Of a stretch of 64,000 bases of DNA, positions 60,501 to 64,000 are shown piece by piece. The stretch comes from Malacoraja senta (lineage: Eukaryota). The notes under the pieces are model-generated. The model saw only the letters and a program-made list of their open reading frames with translations, was not told the origin of the DNA and made no database searches. Where the stretch lies: the NCBI GenBank assembly GCA_038087875.1, contig CM076001.1:1242001-1306000 (forward strand), in the 5' to 3' direction. Both the position numbers and the translations under genes were made by a program. The first letter of the stretch is position 1, and every line of letters begins with the position of its first letter.

Positions 60501-62300
60501 TTTCTCGTTTTTTAAGCTGGCGAGCCAAAAGTTTATGCGGTTTATCCCCAAATTCAAAGTGCTCTTGTTTTGTAATTTGAAAAAGTCTTATAAGTTTGGC
60601 TGATAATAGTTTATTTAATTTAAATTTCAAAATTATTATTTTATTATGTTTATCTATTGATGGATCTTTAGCATTATCTATATCCATTTGTCTAATAAGT
60701 TCCTCTAACTGTCTTTGTTCATAATTATTATTTTTATTTTGAAAAGCTTGATATGAAATTATAATACCTCTAATGTATGCTTTAAAAGATTCCCATAATA
60801 CAGTAGACGATATATCTGGAGTGTCATTTATTTCAAAAAAGGTATCCATTTGTTCTTTTAAATATACTCGCTTGTGGATCTTTTAAAATGTGGGAATTAA
60901 ATCTCCAATTCAATTCTTAGACATTCCTTCCAGTTTTAAAAAGAAAGTTAGTGGTGATTGGTCTGAAATCGAGTTTGTATGGTATGCTGGGTTAAAAGTA
61001 TGAGGGATTAATTTTGTGTCCACCAGGAAATAATCTATATGTGAGTATGTTTTGTGTACCATTGAATAAAACGAGTATTCCCTGCCAGTTGGATTAACAA
61101 TTCTCCAAACATCTGCTATATTAGTATTGTTTATATAAGTATTTAAAAGTTCACCGGTTTTAGATTTCATATTCCCTCTCTGTTTTTGGCTTGATTTATC
61201 TAAATACGGATCTAAAACACAGTTAAAGTCTCCTCCTATTATAACATTTTGATAGTTAGACTCTGCAATTATGTTCAGAATTTTATTGAAAAAATGAGGG
61301 TTGTCAAAGTTAGGCGTGTATATATTTACCAAGGTAATTGGAGTATCATGAATTTCTCCATTAACTATTAAGTATCTCCCTTCGATGTCTGTTAAGATAT
61401 TCTTTGCTTTAAATGGTATACCTTTACTTATAATGATTGACGTACCTCTAGATTTCAAAGTAAATGAGGAATGGTATGTTTGACCTATCCATTTCGCCCT
61501 CAACCTAGCTTGATCCTGGGATTTTAGATGAGTTTCTTGTAAGAAAATGATGTCAGAATTGTATAGTTTCAGCTGAGCTAGTATCTTACCCCTTTTAATA
61601 GGTTCGTTAACACCTCTTATATTCCAACTACAGAATGAGACTCCTCCTAGGTTCTTTTGCTTAGCATCTTGCATTTTGAATAATTATAGTACCTTTAAAT
61701 CTTGTGGTGCATCCATATCCCAGGTCTTTAGGTATTGGGGGAACTTTTGAATTTCTAAGTTTTGTTGGTATATCCCTTTTACGCTTGTCACTAAACACAA
61801 AACACAAACATGTGAGTTTATGTGATAATAAAAGTGAAAATACAGTGTCTAAAATAGTCGACACTGTAACAAGTGGCCCACCTGTAGGTGGGAGAAAACC
61901 TTGTTTCGACTTCCATTGTTGATGTTAAACAAATAGCTCCGCTCTCTTGGTTAAACATAACATATTAGAACGGGGTCTCACATTCAGATATATCATACAG
62001 TTTTACCCTATATATTTCATTATAACATATCATGTATATATCGCAATTTTAGCTACTAATTATTAAACAAATGATTTTGGCTTCAATAATAGTCAACTGT
62101 TGGTTGAAGGGGTTAACGAGGCGTGCGCCTGGCCTAAGCCAGGTGCTCGTTTCTCATCCCCTCCTCCCAGTTATAGATAAGGTTTGAATTTATTAAAAGT
62201 TCATATTAGTATTGTTAATACGTTATTTTTTATTTTTATTAGCGTCCGTAGCTATTCTAATCTAACATAGATAACTTATTAGGTTATTATTAGGATCAAT
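57513..62300 (-). mobile_element. L1-clade LINE: complete ORF2 region and 3' UTR, 5'-truncated upstream of ORF2
   Basis: A-rich tail at ~57513-57550 and four to five frameshifted ORF2 segments. No ORF1 seen. The 5' boundary is approximate. Confidence 0.93.
57895..61674 (-). pseudogene. L1 ORF2 (endonuclease, RT, cysteine-rich C-terminus)
   Basis: ORFs 60910..61674 (SWNIRG, LQETH, GGDFN), 60151..60849, 59277..60254 ([21 protein letters not shown]), 58231..59163 (CDKC..H...C) and 57895..58194. Confidence 0.95.
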
Positions 62301-62811
62301 TCTTACAATTGGATTTAATATTGTAGTCTATTAAACAGATAATGCTTCTGGTATATACCATTCACTTCAGTTCAGCTGTTTACTCGTTTTGAACAGAGAG
62401 TGTCCTTGATTCAAAATTCCATAGATAACAGTCTAGCCATCCCAAACAAAACACAGCTTGGAATGGTTCTAATCTGCCAAACCTCCATTAACCGTGGAAT
62501 TCTAGTGTTTTAGAATTAATTCATACTATTAATTTCTATTTTTCAATGATGCTCTGGTCATATTTGTACGCATCTTCAGGTTTTACAAATGACTTTTCAG
62601 AACCCTTAACAGAAATACGCATTTTAGCTGGATAAAAAACACCATATCTATTTCAACAGTATTACAGAGGCAATGGGCTTTAGTGATACTGATTATGAAA
62701 CCATTGTGGGGTGAGAAAAGGCCATCCCAATGTAGTAGGAATTGGTCCAGATATTTAATAGTGTTCATTCATTTATCAGCAAGCTGCAGCCTGTGGTGAT
62801 GCCCAATTCAA

Positions 62812-62895
62812 TGAAGGTAGACAAAAATGCTGGAGAAACTCAGCGGGTGAGGCAGCATCTATGGAGCGAAGGAAATAGGCAACGTTTCAGGTCTC
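62812..62895. mobile_element. Penelope-like repeat fragment (one arm)
   Basis: GAAGGTAGACAAAAATGCTGGAGAAACTCAGCGGGTGAGGCAGCATCTATGGAGCGAAGGAAATAGGCAACGTTTC is homologous to 36605-36684. Confidence 0.65.
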
Positions 62896-64000
62896 TACGA
62901 CCCCAATTCAATGATGTTGCTGCACTATTACAGAGCCATTTTAGTCCTCAAATTTTCGGAAGTTACAAATTTGGAACCAGAATCCAAGGGAAACAATTAT
63001 AGATTTTTTTTTAAAATCAGATACCTGTATAAATGCAGCATGCTTTTTCAACGTGTGCTATGACATCAATTCAATTGTGACCTCACTGCTGAACATGTTC
63101 AGGCTCTTATAGCTAACATACGAAAACGCATATAAGATTGTTGTAACCTTGAAAATAGCACCGAAAATCCCCAAAGTAATTAATTAGGTGAAGGAAGGAG
63201 ATATACATTGCCTTGTTGCGTGTGTAATAGTAATAGTGCCTTCTTCATCAGGCCTAGATTATGGGCTACATGGAACAATCTAATTCAGAACAGCTCAGGA
63301 TACTCAACAGTAAAGCCTGTTATCTTTGTCAGAGAAAACATTCAGATCTGTGACAAAGTAAAGCACACTCCATTACTCCACTCCGCAAAGTAAGACGGAG
63401 CACATCATGTGTGAGCAATAGTGGTACACAAGTATTCAGATGGCAAGGAGAAACACTGTGAAGCAAGCAGAAAAAAGTACTCAACTTAATATCGAGATAA
63501 GTGAGAACATGAAATGTATTTCAATTGAATTTATTCCACATGCAGTAGCCAAAATGCAAACCAGTGGCAATTTTAGGACTATTTTTAAACTGAATGGCGA
63601 AAACATACAAATGATATGGGTGGCGTTGCAGACTGTATCATCATTGGATGAGACGCATTGAAGATTTGGCAGAATCCCCTTACCAGCAATATTATAGTGC
63701 TGGATTTGGCATTGGATAAGACACAAAAGACAACAAGCAGATGGAATGGAATTGAATATTCAGTCCTCATACTTGGATAGAATTGAATATACAATCTTCA
63801 CACAGTGCATTCAAATCTGTTCAAGCCCCAATCTACTTGGAATGATGTTCAAAAGGATGAGCACCATTCACTAAAATACTCGGCTGAATCATTACAGATA
63901 TCAATCTTTTGTCTTCCCTATGTGGGACAAGGAAGAGGAGGGTGATACAGTACACCCAGGGTGCAAACGTCTGACCTGGTAAATAAAGAGATAAGGATGA

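Noticed and set aside
63200..63980. Minus-strand acceptor (CTCTTTATTTACCAG|G near 63978) and hydrophobic short ORFs
   Set aside because: All three frames after the acceptor hit stops within about 35 codons and the peptides are not recognisable. A terminal or non-coding exon cannot be excluded without transcript data.

Overview
Eukaryotic (vertebrate) non-coding DNA. From my recognition of the repeat families (HE1-like V-SINEs, CR1 LINEs with (TTCTATGT)n tails, Rex1-, DIRS- and Penelope-like repeats) it is most likely a cartilaginous fish such as a skate or ray; this is inference, not a database result. No host exon, RNA gene or CRISPR array could be supported, and nearly all long ORFs are decayed transposon ORFs. 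The window holds CR1 LINEs of several ages, two L1-clade copies, a Tx1-like L1, a Tc1 element split by a CR1, a DIRS-like remnant, Rex1/Babar fragments, V-SINEs, Harbinger and Tigger-like MITEs, and a 200-N gap. The most unusual signals are these. (1) Three different non-autonomous TIR families show 5-, 6- and 7-bp target-site duplications; the 7-bp family is seen in two independent insertions. (2) A head-to-tail compound Helitron with bypassed 3' ends and captured cargo is nested inside an L1 that is itself inside a CR1. (3) Palindromic Penelope-like repeats carry degenerate hammerhead-ribozyme cores. (4) Conserved hairpins and a conserved leader lie upstream of L1 ORF2. TE-free TAAT-rich stretches may be conserved enhancers. 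I found no clear new protein-coding system; the novelty candidates are transposon-related.
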